From positions 1-64,000 of IMG/VR virus record IMGVR_UViG_3300025853_000041: 64,000 nt of DNA; one strand, 5' to 3'. Made by a program: the position numbers and the translations under genes. This document shows, one piece after another, positions 25,491 through 36,545 of the stretch (position 1 is the stretch's first letter; each line of letters opens with the position of its first letter). The notes under the pieces are model-generated. The model was not told where the DNA came from. It ran no database searches and saw only the letters and a list, made by a program, of their open reading frames with translations. Source of the stretch: a virus.

Positions 25491-27656
25491 ATGGAGGACT
25501 ATAATGTAGCAGGCAAGGTTGATTCTATTAGGAATGCTGATGGAACATGGATTAATACTCAAGTCTTTAGAGAAGCTGGAGAACACTTCATGAAACATAA
25601 GTATTATGTCTCTGACCCTTGGGGTACACCTGATTGGCTATCTTATTGGAAAAGAGAAAGAACAAGGTCTATTGATGGATATGAAGTAGGTAATGCAAAA
25701 ATCACTGGAGAACATTATAATTATCTAAACTATTGTCCTATACAAAAAGTAGGAGAGATTAAAGGTAATGTTGCAAGTAAGGTAGAGGGTTTTCCTGACT
25801 TCTGGGATGGAGATTATAATTACTTTTGGGTAAGAAAGATAGCTAGATATGGTATAATCGATACTCTATTAAAAGGGGAAGAAAAAGAAGCAACATTAAA
25901 ACTACCAACTAAAGAAAAAGCTCTTAAAGCAAAAGAATTGTTTGAGAGCTTAAACCTGTATGTAACTATTGAGCCAGACTACTTATATGGAGGATGGAAT
26001 CTTATTGTAGGTAAGAGTAGGAGGAAAGGGTATTCCTTAAAAGCTGCTGCTATTGGTTCAAACAACTATTTTACAAAACCTAATAAGCTAACAATTTTTG
26101 GAGCTCACGATAAGAAATACCTCTATCCAAATGGTATTTTTGGTATGGCTTATAAGAACATAAACTTTATTAATGAAAACACAGGATGGGCAATGCCTTC
26201 TGATGTTATTGATAGGTTAGGTTCAGGACACATTAGAGCTTCATACATACAATATAAAAATGGAATTAAGTTAGAGAAAGGTTTTAAATCTGAGATTTTA
26301 GCTTTAACATTTAAAGATAATGCTGATGCTGCCAGGGGTAAAGATGCTGAAGAAGTTTTCTTTGAAGAATCTGGAGCCTTTGGTACACCTGGTCTATTAA
26401 AAGATTCATACAAGGCAACTGAAGATTGTGTAATGGCAGGGGCAATCAAAACAGGAATGATTACAATATTTGGTACTTCTGGAGATATGTCAGGTGGAAC
26501 AGCAGATTATGCTGATATGTTTGGAAGACCTCAAGCTTTTGATTTACTTCCATTTGTAAATGTTTGGGATGAAGATAGTTTAGATTTAACTGTTGGATTT
26601 TTCCACCCTATCAATTGGAATATGGAAGGCTTTTATGATGAAAATGGAAATTCAGATAAAGAAGGAGCTAAAAAATTAGAGTTATTAACAAGGCAGAAAC
26701 TAATTGACCATGGAGCCACCTCAACAGAGATTCAAAAGAGAATGCAAGAAAAACCTCTTGGACCAGGGGAAGCATTTGCTGCTGTATCTGTTAATAACTT
26801 TCCAATACTTGAATTAAAAAGGCAACTGCAGAAAGTTAAAGGTAAAGGGTGGCAACAAAGTAAAGGTACTCCTGTTAATATGTATTACAAAGATGGTAAA
26901 GTTGTGGCAGAACCAATCTTAGATGGTACAGCAAACCCAATCACAAGTTATTATAATGTTCCCACTGACAAAAGAGGATGTCCTGTTATTTATGAACAAC
27001 CTATTGCAGAACCACCACCAGGATTATATAAAATTGGTTATGACCCTGTTAGACAAGATTCAGGGACATCTTTAGCTTCTATTACAGTTTATAAGAGTAA
27101 GCATAGAGGCACTGAACACTATGACATTATAGTGGCAGAATATATAGGTAGATTAGAAACACCAACTGATATAGATAGAATTGCAGAGATGTTTGCTGAC
27201 CTATATGGAACAAAAATTATGTATGAAAATGAAGTTACTGGTGTAAAAACTTATTTTCAAAGAATAAAAAGACTATATTTGTTGGCAGCTCAACCTGATA
27301 GAGTTATTAGTAAGAATATTAAAAATTCCAAAGTAGCTAGGATTTTTGGGTGTCACATGAATAACCAACTTAAAGATGCTGGTGAAAGGTATGTTAAAGA
27401 ATGGTTATTAACTGTTTATGATTATGACGAAAATGGAAATGCCATTACAGTTATAGATAAAATATATTCTATTAGACTATTAGAAGAACTGATAGCTTAT
27501 AATAGAACTGGAAACTTTGATGCAGTGTCAAGTTTGTTTATGTGTATGTTTCAAGTACAAGAAGAGGTACTTGATAAATCATATGGAAGTGGTAAAGAAA
27601 ACAATACTGCAAAAAAACTTTTAGAAAACATACAAAATATGTATAAAAAGAACTAA
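25491..27656 (+). CDS. terL: terminase large subunit
   Basis: ITGEHYNYLN, GKSRRKGYS (Walker A variant), FFEESG (Walker B), FGTSG, nuclease IGYDP and GNFDAVSS. Confidence 0.93.
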   Translation: MEDYNVAGKVDSIRNADGTWINTQVFREAGEHFMKHKYYVSDPWGTPDWLSYWKRERTRSIDGYEVGNAKITGEHYNYLNYCPIQKVGEIKGNVASKVEGFPDFWDGDYNYFWVRKIARYGIIDTLLKGEEKEATLKLPTKEKALKAKELFESLNLYVTIEPDYLYGGWNLIVGKSRRKGYSLKAAAIGSNNYFTKPNKLTIFGAHDKKYLYPNGIFGMAYKNINFINENTGWAMPSDVIDRLGSGHIRASYIQYKNGIKLEKGFKSEILALTFKDNADAARGKDAEEVFFEESGAFGTPGLLKDSYKATEDCVMAGAIKTGMITIFGTSGDMSGGTADYADMFGRPQAFDLLPFVNVWDEDSLDLTVGFFHPINWNMEGFYDENGNSDKEGAKKLELLTRQKLIDHGATSTEIQKRMQEKPLGPGEAFAAVSVNNFPILELKRQLQKVKGKGWQQSKGTPVNMYYKDGKVVAEPILDGTANPITSYYNVPTDKRGCPVIYEQPIAEPPPGLYKIGYDPVRQDSGTSLASITVYKSKHRGTEHYDIIVAEYIGRLETPTDIDRIAEMFADLYGTKIMYENEVTGVKTYFQRIKRLYLLAAQPDRVISKNIKNSKVARIFGCHMNNQLKDAGERYVKEWLLTVYDYDENGNAITVIDKIYSIRLLEELIAYNRTGNFDAVSSLFMCMFQVQEEVLDKSYGSGKENNTAKKLLENIQNMYKKN

Positions 27657-27661
27657 CTTTG
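27654..27661 (+). promoter_or_regulatory. sigmaA -7 element overlapping the terL stop codon
   Basis: TAACTTTG located 13 nt before the portal ATG. Confidence 0.45.
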
Positions 27662-27674
27662 CAAAAATAATAAT

Positions 27675-30080
27675 ATGGATAAGATTAAAAAGAATGAAAG
27701 GCTAAGCACTCAACAAAAGAATGCCAATAAAAAACAGTGGTATAAAGAGAAGGCAGATGAACTAGATGCTGACCACAACAGTTTAAGAGAATCTTATGGA
27801 CAGGTATCTGACTATAAGAGAATGCAGGTGAACTATCACCTTTTCAATAATCGTTTAGACCTTAAAGATTTTGAATATGTGTGTAAGCCCTTTGGTGCTG
27901 AATCAGGTGAATTGCCTGCTACCATGGTTAACCGAGATATTTCCTCTGGTAAAATAAAAGCTTTACTTGGAATGGAGATGAAGAGACCTTTCTCTTGGAG
28001 AACTATTGCTACAAACCCTGAAGCCACTACAAGAAAAGAACAAGTTGAATTTGGTAAAATTAGAGACTTTGTTATTGCTGAGATGCTTGGACCAATCAAA
28101 CAAAAACTTGAGATGGAAGCAGCCCAGGCTAATAAAGGGAAAGAGCTTAGTGAAGAAGAAAAAATTCAAATACAACAACAAATAAAAGATGCCTTGGATG
28201 CACAGACACCTGAGGAAACTAAAAAATATATGGAGAGGGAACATCAAGACCCTGCTGAGGTGATGAGCCACCAGCTACTTGAGTACCTTATATATAAGAC
28301 TGATATACGAAGAAAATTTAATGAGGCATTTAAGCATCTTAGCTTATCAGCCAAAGAGATAATGTATGTTGGTATTTTAAATGATGAACCTCAAGTGTGG
28401 AACATCAACTCTTTAGATGTCAATGCTAAAAGAGCTACCATATCTCCTTTTATAGAAGATGGAGAATCTGTTTCTGTTGAATATAGAATGACCCCTTCTG
28501 AAATTATACAGTACTTTGGAGATGAACTCACAGATGCTGAGATGGATAGAATTTATGCTTCTTATATTAGTGACAACTCTGCAGAAGACTTATTTGATAT
28601 AGCAGACAGAAATGATGAAATGGATGGAGAGTATAAAGACTACTCTAATGTTAGGGTAGTACACACTTTATGGAAGTCTTTAAGAAAACTTGCTTTCCTT
28701 ACCTACAAAGATAAAAATGGTAAAGAGCAGATGATGATAGTAGATGAGAAATATAGATTGAATCCTGCTGCTGGAGATGTAAGTATTGAATATGATTGGT
28801 TACCTGAGGCTTATGAAACATGGAAAATAGTGGTTGAAGACCCTATCTATGTGAATATGAGACCAATACCAGGACAATTTAAAGATATAGACAATCTTCG
28901 TCAATGTAAATTTCCTTATATTGGAGTATATGTTGATGATATGAATTCAGTTCCTACTGCTCCTATGGACAGATTAAAAGTGTATCAGTACTACTATAAT
29001 ATAGTTATGTATCGATTAGAATTACTTTTAGCCTCTGATAAAGGGAAGAAAGTAATGATGAACATTAATGCTATCCCAGACAGTGCAGGAATTGATATAG
29101 ATAAATGGCAGTACTTTTTTGAAAGTTCTCCTTTTATGTGGTTTGACCCAAATGAAGAAGGCACAGGATATTCTGATGTTAATACGATGGCTAAAACTAT
29201 TGATTTATCTTTAGCCTCAGATATTGGAAAGTATATCGAATTTGCTGAATACCTGAAAAGACAAGCTGGAGCATCCTTAGGGATTACAGAAGCTGTTGAA
29301 GGTCAGGCTGGACCTGGTGATTCTGTGGGTAATAACAGACAAAACTTAATACAAACTTCAAACATACTTGAACCTTATTTTGATATTCATAACTCATTTA
29401 AAAAGAATGTTCTTACTGCTCTAATTGAGACAGCTAAAATTGCATACTCAGGTAAAAAGGCTGTAAAGCTTTCATACCCTTTAGATGATATGTCTATTAA
29501 AATGTTAGAACTGGATGTCAATCTACTTGATAATTCTACCATAGGTTTATTTGTAGCTAATTCAACAAAAGCAGAAGAGGCTATGCAAACAATCAGACAA
29601 CTTGCTCATGCAGCCATGCAGAATCAAAAAGCTGAACTCTCTGACATCTTATCTGTAATTAGACAAGAAGGTATCATTGAAGCTGAAGAGACTCTTAAAG
29701 TAGCTGAGAAGGACAGAAAAGCTGAAGATGCAGCCATTGAAGCTAATAGAGGTAAACAAGCTAAAGAACTTGAATTGATAAAACAAAAAGGTTTAGAAAA
29801 AGAACATGAGAATGAGAAAGAACTTATTGTTCTTAAGGAAAAAGAAAGACGTAAAACTGTTATTGCTCAATCAGCTCTTACAGGAATGTCTTTTAATCCT
29901 GATGCTGATGCTGATAATGATGGTGTAAATGACTATCTTGAAATAGCAAGAAATGGCGTAGATGCTGAGATTAAGCGTGGTAAGAATCAATTAGACAGAG
30001 AGAAACTAAATCAACTAAAAAAAGAGCATGAAGATAAGATGGCTTTAGAGAACAAAAAACTTAAAAAGACCTCTAAATAA
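27675..30080 (+). CDS. portal protein
   Basis: 801 aa directly after TerL; KIKALLGMEMKRPF, YQYYYNIVMYRLE, coiled-coil C-terminus with DADNDGVND, typical of crAss-like portals. Confidence 0.88.
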   Translation: MDKIKKNERLSTQQKNANKKQWYKEKADELDADHNSLRESYGQVSDYKRMQVNYHLFNNRLDLKDFEYVCKPFGAESGELPATMVNRDISSGKIKALLGMEMKRPFSWRTIATNPEATTRKEQVEFGKIRDFVIAEMLGPIKQKLEMEAAQANKGKELSEEEKIQIQQQIKDALDAQTPEETKKYMEREHQDPAEVMSHQLLEYLIYKTDIRRKFNEAFKHLSLSAKEIMYVGILNDEPQVWNINSLDVNAKRATISPFIEDGESVSVEYRMTPSEIIQYFGDELTDAEMDRIYASYISDNSAEDLFDIADRNDEMDGEYKDYSNVRVVHTLWKSLRKLAFLTYKDKNGKEQMMIVDEKYRLNPAAGDVSIEYDWLPEAYETWKIVVEDPIYVNMRPIPGQFKDIDNLRQCKFPYIGVYVDDMNSVPTAPMDRLKVYQYYYNIVMYRLELLLASDKGKKVMMNINAIPDSAGIDIDKWQYFFESSPFMWFDPNEEGTGYSDVNTMAKTIDLSLASDIGKYIEFAEYLKRQAGASLGITEAVEGQAGPGDSVGNNRQNLIQTSNILEPYFDIHNSFKKNVLTALIETAKIAYSGKKAVKLSYPLDDMSIKMLELDVNLLDNSTIGLFVANSTKAEEAMQTIRQLAHAAMQNQKAELSDILSVIRQEGIIEAEETLKVAEKDRKAEDAAIEANRGKQAKELELIKQKGLEKEHENEKELIVLKEKERRKTVIAQSALTGMSFNPDADADNDGVNDYLEIARNGVDAEIKRGKNQLDREKLNQLKKEHEDKMALENKKLKKTSK

Positions 30081-30146
30081 AAAATAGCTATTACACACTA
30101 ATTGAAAATTTTTCACTTTTATGTGAATTATTATTAATATTTATTT

Positions 30147-30154
30147 TATATTTG
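30147..30154 (+). promoter_or_regulatory. sigmaA -7 element
   Basis: TATATTTG ending 4 nt before the ATG at 30159. Confidence 0.6.
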
Positions 30155-30158
30155 CACA

Positions 30159-31340
30159 ATGATTAACGAAGATAATAACACTTTTGATGGTTTTGATGAC
30201 TCCGAAATGACAGACATAGACTTTTTTGCTGTCAATGATGGAGATGAAACACCTGAAGAAGATAAAACACAAAACCCTCCTAAACCTGAAGATTTTAGTA
30301 AGGAAGGGGAAGAGGAGCAAGAGCAAGAAGAAAGTTTGTTTGATGCTGCTGAAAATGAAGAAGAGGAAGAAGATGAATTTGAAGATTCTCGGAAACCTAA
30401 AGAAAATGGAGCTGATGAATCTTCATCAGGTTCTGGAACTGAAACAGAGGAAGGTCCTTCTATTGAAGCCCTAAACCTACTGAAAGAAAAAGGTCTAATT
30501 CAGTATGAGTTAGAAGAAAATGAAATTTTGACAGAAGAAAGAGCTGCTGAAATATTGGAAGACACTATTGAAGGAGAAATTTTTGAGCAAAGACTTGAAA
30601 CTTTATTTGATGGTTTACCAGATGTTGTTAAGGAGATTAACAAATTTGCACTTAATGGAGGTGACATCAATGAATTTTTAAATGCTGTGTCCTTAAATAA
30701 TGAGAGAGGACTAAGTACAAATCTTGATTTAGAAGATGAAGCCAATCAAGAATTAGCAATTCGCCATGGATTAAAAGGAGAAGGGTATGATGATGAATAT
30801 ATCAATGCTCAAATTGAATTCCTTAAAGATTCAGGTAGAATGAAAAAACATTCTGAAACACACTTTAATAAGTTTGTAAAGAAAAGACAAGAGGAAGAAA
30901 AAGCTATCCTCAAATCACAAGAACAAAAGAAACTTCAAGATAAAGAAGATAGACGAGCCCTTAAAGGCAAAGTGTCAACTTTTCTTAAAGAGACAGAAGA
31001 GATAAATGGATTCTCTATTTCTCCTTCTGATAAAAGACAACTACCAGACTATATGTCTGATAGAATAGTCAAGATGCAGAATGGTAATCAGATTACCAAA
31101 ATGCAAAAAGACTTAATGAGAGTTTTAAACAGTCCTACTGGTTCAGTCCAAATGGCTAAACTATTGAAATCAGCCACAGAAGATGGGGAACTAAATTTTG
31201 AGGAAATCAAATTAGATACAGAAACAAAGGTAGTAAAGAAGGTTAGAGATAATGTTAGGCGAAGTAAAAAGAGTGTTATATCACAATCAGGGGGTGTGTC
31301 TAAAAGACAGAACAGACCTTTAGCTGATTATTTTAATTAA
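30159..31340 (+). CDS. acidic scaffold-like protein
   Basis: D/E-rich N-terminus and coiled coil; lies between portal and MCP. Confidence 0.65.
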   Translation: MINEDNNTFDGFDDSEMTDIDFFAVNDGDETPEEDKTQNPPKPEDFSKEGEEEQEQEESLFDAAENEEEEEDEFEDSRKPKENGADESSSGSGTETEEGPSIEALNLLKEKGLIQYELEENEILTEERAAEILEDTIEGEIFEQRLETLFDGLPDVVKEINKFALNGGDINEFLNAVSLNNERGLSTNLDLEDEANQELAIRHGLKGEGYDDEYINAQIEFLKDSGRMKKHSETHFNKFVKKRQEEEKAILKSQEQKKLQDKEDRRALKGKVSTFLKETEEINGFSISPSDKRQLPDYMSDRIVKMQNGNQITKMQKDLMRVLNSPTGSVQMAKLLKSATEDGELNFEEIKLDTETKVVKKVRDNVRRSKKSVISQSGGVSKRQNRPLADYFN

Positions 31341-31356
31341 ACAAAAACAATAATTT

Positions 31357-32838
31357 ATGGCAACACAAATTAACAAATTGCAGGTGCGACAAGCAAAGTT
31401 CAATTCTACAAAAATGACAGACTTGAACCATTGGAGTAACCAATTAGCAATTAAACCAACAGTATTTGAAGCTCCAACAAGAGCAATCTTTGCTTCAAAA
31501 ACTAACAGTCTTAACCTTTCCAATGGAAATGTTTTAGAAGGTATCTTTGGTTTAGGGAAAACTAAGTACATCGATGACCTAAACTGGTCATGGAAAATGA
31601 AAGTAAAAGGGTATCGTCCTATGACTATCCTTGAAAACAGAACTGTTGGCTCAACCCCAGGTAAGTATCGTCAAAATATCACTATTTTAGTAGATGTTGA
31701 CTTATTTACAATTGGTGAATCAATTGGACCAGGTTCTTCTGACAAATCACAAGTATGTGTAGTTAAGGACAAAAAAGCAGAGGGAACAAGAGGATTTATA
31801 TATACTCTTCAAGTTTATACTGAAGGTGCAGAGCATTTCTTGAACCCTAAATATTTAAAGCCAGGAACCAAGTGGACTCGTATGTTTAATATGCGTGGTG
31901 AAGCTGCTGAAAGTGGTTCACACACTGAGAATTACACTAATGTTGAGTACAAGAACTCACTTGTTAAACTTCGTAAGGAGTATAAAGTGACTGATTTTGC
32001 TGCTCAAGCAGTAGTTGAAATTGCTTTCCAAGATGATGATGGAAAAGTTCGTAAATCATGGATGGATAAGCAAGAGGCTGATTACTACATGGCAATGAAC
32101 AAAGAGATGGCAACATATGCTCTTTATTCTCGTCTTGGTGACCAACCTTTGATTGACCCTGATTCAGGATATCCAATCAACCCTGGTGCTGGTATGGAAC
32201 AGCAAATTAGTTTTGGTGGAAATGTAGAACGATTTACTACAATGTCTGCTGAACTAATTGAAGCATTTTTTGATAGAATTGTGTACTCTCGAATAAATCC
32301 AGGAGATTTAGGAGAGGTAGTAGGATTATCTGGACATTATGGAATGAAAGATTTCTCTAAAGCTCTTGATACTTGGACAGGTAGTAAAGCTATTATCCGA
32401 GAAAGTTCTACATTCATTAAAGGTGCTCAAGGAGTTCATAACAACTCATTGCGTACTGGATATCAGTTTGTAACTTATGACCTACCTAATGGTGGAGCAT
32501 TTAAGTTAGTTCACAATGCTATGAATGATGATAAGTCTATTCACCGAGATATTGACCCACTTACAGGTGTGCCTTTACAGTCACAAAGGGTTACAATCCT
32601 TGATGTAACTGGTGGAAATGGTGATAGCTTATCTAAAGACAACATCAAACTTGTTCGTAAGAATAAAGTTTATGGTAGCACACGAATTTTAGGTCGAGTT
32701 GGACCAGGTGGAGTTAGCACTGGAGACAGAGCAACACATTCAGGTGATTACTATGAAGTACATATCTCAGATAGTATTGGAATAGAAATCACAGATTCAA
32801 CTGTAACTGGTGAATTAGTGAAAACTGTTAACGAATAA
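31357..32838 (+). CDS. major capsid protein
   Basis: 493 aa; position after the scaffold; TDLNH, WKMK, GAGMEQQI, Y.LPNG..KLVH patterns of crAss-like MCPs. Confidence 0.85.
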   Translation: MATQINKLQVRQAKFNSTKMTDLNHWSNQLAIKPTVFEAPTRAIFASKTNSLNLSNGNVLEGIFGLGKTKYIDDLNWSWKMKVKGYRPMTILENRTVGSTPGKYRQNITILVDVDLFTIGESIGPGSSDKSQVCVVKDKKAEGTRGFIYTLQVYTEGAEHFLNPKYLKPGTKWTRMFNMRGEAAESGSHTENYTNVEYKNSLVKLRKEYKVTDFAAQAVVEIAFQDDDGKVRKSWMDKQEADYYMAMNKEMATYALYSRLGDQPLIDPDSGYPINPGAGMEQQISFGGNVERFTTMSAELIEAFFDRIVYSRINPGDLGEVVGLSGHYGMKDFSKALDTWTGSKAIIRESSTFIKGAQGVHNNSLRTGYQFVTYDLPNGGAFKLVHNAMNDDKSIHRDIDPLTGVPLQSQRVTILDVTGGNGDSLSKDNIKLVRKNKVYGSTRILGRVGPGGVSTGDRATHSGDYYEVHISDSIGIEITDSTVTGELVKTVNE

Positions 32839-32852
32839 AATAAGATAGAGCA

Positions 32853-33674
32853 ATGGTAGATAAAGATTTAAAAATAGAAATCAGACCAATACCAGGAAGA
32901 GATGGTATAAAAAGTTTTTCCGAAAACTTGGAATACTTTTCTCAGGCTCACATATTAGCCCCTTTTGTAAACCCTGTTACACTTAAATATGCAACAGGGC
33001 TTACTCAAGAGGAAGTTGAAAAATTACACTCAGATGGTTTTCCATATGATTTAGATTCAACTTATAGGCGAGGTGTAAGTCACCCATTCTGGGAAAGTCA
33101 AATCGTAAAGGTAGAATTAAGCAATAGTCCAATCTTTCTGTATCCAGGCAAAAATCAAATTGACTTCGTGAAATATAAGTATTTATTGGTAAACAATTAT
33201 ATTTATAAAAGTGAAGAAGAGATGAATACTGGAAGCAAGCCAGAAGCAACTCATTATATTTTTAATGAAAGTGCAGCTAATAAGATTAAGGCATCTAAGT
33301 TAGAGAGTCGTAACTCTTTAATAAAAGAAGTTTCAAATCTTTCTTTAGCGAGAAAAAGGCAACTTATTTTAATTTTACTGAATGAGAACACTGATAATAA
33401 GGATGAAGATTATTTAACTGTAAGATTTGAGGATATATTTAATAAAAAAGAGTTATCTTTGGAACTTCAAGAGTTACTTAAACAGGATTCTGAGCAAATA
33501 TCACTGACTGCTGACATAAAATCAGCTATTCAGAAAAATGTACTTAAACGTACTAAAAAAGGAATTTTCTACTTTGAAACCAATTTAGGTTTCAGTGAGG
33601 ATGATGTTAGAGAGACACTATCATCTTCAGATAATCAAGAGGTTTTATTAAATATAAAATCTAAAATACAATAA
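32853..33674 (+). CDS. conserved crAss-like protein downstream of MCP
   Basis: YATGLT...HPFW...DFVKYKYL; gene order. Confidence 0.65.
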   Translation: MVDKDLKIEIRPIPGRDGIKSFSENLEYFSQAHILAPFVNPVTLKYATGLTQEEVEKLHSDGFPYDLDSTYRRGVSHPFWESQIVKVELSNSPIFLYPGKNQIDFVKYKYLLVNNYIYKSEEEMNTGSKPEATHYIFNESAANKIKASKLESRNSLIKEVSNLSLARKRQLILILLNENTDNKDEDYLTVRFEDIFNKKELSLELQELLKQDSEQISLTADIKSAIQKNVLKRTKKGIFYFETNLGFSEDDVRETLSSSDNQEVLLNIKSKIQ

Positions 33675-33676
33675 TT

Positions 33677-34891
33677 ATGAAACATACATTAGCACAGAAT
33701 AAGCAGCTCTTTCGAGTTGATGCAATAGCAGATTCTAAAACACTTGACCTTTTGGCAGATGGAGAATTTGGTGTATATGCTGAAGGCTCTGATACGAGTT
33801 TACCAGCAGCAACAGTTTGGGCTGGCTTACCAGACCGATTTAGATTTGTATCTAAATTGAATGGAGAAGTTTATTACTCTATGGACATTATTGACAAAGC
33901 GTCAGTTAGTAGAGCAGTATCACAAGATTATACTGCACCTGTGGTTAACATTTGGGAAGGCACTGTTGCCTCAACTGAGTGTGACTGCATTAGTACAGCT
34001 ACAATCAGAATTAATTTGGATGAAGAGTCACTTATGCGTGAGCGTGGACTTTCTTGGGTGAATATGGATACACATGTAGCCAGTTCTCCATCAGAGTTGA
34101 CAGCAGCTTGTGACTGTACTGGAAATCCAACTTATGACAATCACAATATTAGTCGTGAGTTGTTTAACCAAGTTAACAATGCAAATTCACCTTTTTACTT
34201 AGCAAAATTACGTTATGATGTAACAGGTTTAACTACCTATGCTGATGATGCAGCCAGAGATGCAGCAATTCCAGCTCCAACAGGAGGTGAACTTGTGTTG
34301 AACACTGCTGATGCAGCAATGCAAGTCTATGACATTGCAACAACTGCATGGATTGACGTAGCCAGCTTAACAGGATACATTTCAAATGTAGATGCATTTA
34401 TTACAGGTACAGCTATCTTGAATACAGATGCTACTCCTGCAACAGATACAGGAATGTTGATTCTTGTTATAGAAGGGAAACCAGCTACAACCAGAGATTA
34501 TAAAGACCTTGATGTTAATTATATCTTCCCAAGAGGAGTGAAATTGACACCTGCTGTTAAAATCAATGGTAATGCAGGTCCTTCTATTGAGTTCACTGAA
34601 ACACAAGATGTGGTTTATGAATTGGGTGCAGGAGCAGACTTGAGAGCAACTGAATTTGATTGCATGTCACTTTACACTAACTTGAATAACTATCCTCAAT
34701 TGAGTGATGGTATTGCAAGTGGAGATTTAGTTTATCAATTCGTTAATGGCGTTAGCTATAATGTAGTAAACTTTGAGTTTGCCACAGACAAGGTTAATAA
34801 AAATGATGGAGATAAGCGTTCTTTTGCAGTGATGTTAGCAACAGATGATGCTGGAGTTTATGCAGCATTAGAGGCTTTACTTAACGTATAA
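33677..34891 (+). CDS. virion structural protein (auxiliary capsid protein-like)
   Basis: Gene order; Ala/Thr-rich; TQDVVYELGAG C-terminal region. Confidence 0.6.
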   Translation: MKHTLAQNKQLFRVDAIADSKTLDLLADGEFGVYAEGSDTSLPAATVWAGLPDRFRFVSKLNGEVYYSMDIIDKASVSRAVSQDYTAPVVNIWEGTVASTECDCISTATIRINLDEESLMRERGLSWVNMDTHVASSPSELTAACDCTGNPTYDNHNISRELFNQVNNANSPFYLAKLRYDVTGLTTYADDAARDAAIPAPTGGELVLNTADAAMQVYDIATTAWIDVASLTGYISNVDAFITGTAILNTDATPATDTGMLILVIEGKPATTRDYKDLDVNYIFPRGVKLTPAVKINGNAGPSIEFTETQDVVYELGAGADLRATEFDCMSLYTNLNNYPQLSDGIASGDLVYQFVNGVSYNVVNFEFATDKVNKNDGDKRSFAVMLATDDAGVYAALEALLNV

Positions 34892-34910
34892 CCCTTTAAA
34901 TTAGAACCTT

Positions 34911-35615
34911 GTGACTATAAAAGATATGCATTATGACTTCAAATCGAAGTTAAATAAAATCGACAGCCAACAAACTCGGAACCTTAAAATACCTGAGATT
35001 GATTGGAAACTTAATGAGGCACAAGAACTTTTTGTTAAAATGGTAGCAAAGCCCAGACTTAAAAATAGTTTGGGTTTTGAGACCTCACAAAGAAGTATAG
35101 ATGACATTAGGACAGTAGTTAATGATAGCTACTGTCTTACTGTTGTTAATAATGTGCTTGCTTTACCAGGGGATTACTGGCACTTTCTTTCAGGAACAAG
35201 TTATATGAATAAAGGAGAGTGTGTTGAATTTCCAGCCACTATTACGATTAGACAACATGATGATGATTTTGAAAACAGCCCATTTGATTGTTCTTCATTT
35301 GAATGGAGAGTTGTAAATGCTATTTTCACTAAAGATGGAATAAAGTTACATGATGATGGTACATTTACTAACAAAAGAGCTTGTATTTCATATATAAAAA
35401 CATTACCTTATATCCATAATGCTGAAAGCTGGAGAGGTGGAGGAGGATATAATTTACCCTCAGGGGAATTATTAACTGGGACTCAGGACTGTATATTGCC
35501 TGCACACACCCATAGAGAGATTGTGGACTTAGCTGTCCTTATTGCTGCAGGAGACTTACAATTACCTGACTATCAAGTTAAACAAGCTAAATTAAACTTA
35601 AATAAACTAAACTAA
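34911..35615 (+). CDS. head-tail ring protein
   Basis: EIDWKLNEAQELFV...CILPAHTHREIVDLAV adaptor-like pattern. Confidence 0.7.
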   Translation: MTIKDMHYDFKSKLNKIDSQQTRNLKIPEIDWKLNEAQELFVKMVAKPRLKNSLGFETSQRSIDDIRTVVNDSYCLTVVNNVLALPGDYWHFLSGTSYMNKGECVEFPATITIRQHDDDFENSPFDCSSFEWRVVNAIFTKDGIKLHDDGTFTNKRACISYIKTLPYIHNAESWRGGGGYNLPSGELLTGTQDCILPAHTHREIVDLAVLIAAGDLQLPDYQVKQAKLNLNKLN

Positions 35616-35616
35616 G

Positions 35617-36201
35617 ATGGTAATAAATATATTAAGCATAGATTCTACTTTCACAACTATTACTTGTTCTTTATCTGCTGATGTAGGAAATAAAGTTCTT
35701 AAAGTTATAGGTTGGACAGGAGATACCTATTTAGATTATAACAATGTTATAGATTTAACTGCATTGTTATCTGGTGTAGATGAAAATGAAGATTTTTCAA
35801 TAACTGCAGCAGATATGGGAGTTGAAAGTTTTGCAGGTTTCTTTGCTTTTGAAGTTTATTCTGATGAAGCTGTATCAGAGGAAAGTTCTGTTATAGGAAT
35901 TGTCACCAACTTTTTACCTTACCATGAGTGTATGCTAGATAAGGTACTTAGTATTACAATAAAAAACTGTGAGATAAGTAATGATGAATGTGGAGAGAAA
36001 AAAGAAGTTCTATTTATTAGTACAGTCTTAGATACTTTATATGATACAATGAATTTTGGATTGTATGAAGAAGCTATTCAAATTATAGATACATTAAATG
36101 ACCTATGTGAAGTTTGTGCTGTGTGCCCAGACTTAGGAGAAGATTTAACTGGAACAGGTTTTGGATACAAAACAGTGGATAATATTATAACTTTAGTATA
36201 A
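35617..36201 (+). CDS. putative structural protein
   Basis: 194-aa ORF in the structural operon. Confidence 0.7.
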   Translation: MVINILSIDSTFTTITCSLSADVGNKVLKVIGWTGDTYLDYNNVIDLTALLSGVDENEDFSITAADMGVESFAGFFAFEVYSDEAVSEESSVIGIVTNFLPYHECMLDKVLSITIKNCEISNDECGEKKEVLFISTVLDTLYDTMNFGLYEEAIQIIDTLNDLCEVCAVCPDLGEDLTGTGFGYKTVDNIITLV

Positions 36202-36545
36202 TGAGTGATTTAAACAATACAAACATATTAGTAGGAAGTGTAAAAAAAGCTTTAGATATGAGGCTTATTTTAGGTGATACTATAAGCACAGACACTATTG
36301 TACTGTTTAATACTCTTAAAAAAGCACTAGAGTATTCACAAACACAATATAATGCAGGAAATCTTGAGTATTCAACAAAAATTAGAACAATAGAAGGTTT
36401 AATGAAAAGTTTGAGGTATAAATGCCCAAGCATATGTAATTACCATACACAATTTGTTAGTGCATTTGACTTCAAAGCAAGTAATGCTACTATCACCATT
36501 GATACTGTTAATTACAAGATTAGCCAACTACAAATACAAATATAA
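36201..36545 (+). CDS. putative structural protein
   Basis: 114-aa ORF with start/stop overlaps. Confidence 0.7.
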   Translation: MSDLNNTNILVGSVKKALDMRLILGDTISTDTIVLFNTLKKALEYSQTQYNAGNLEYSTKIRTIEGLMKSLRYKCPSICNYHTQFVSAFDFKASNATITIDTVNYKISQLQIQI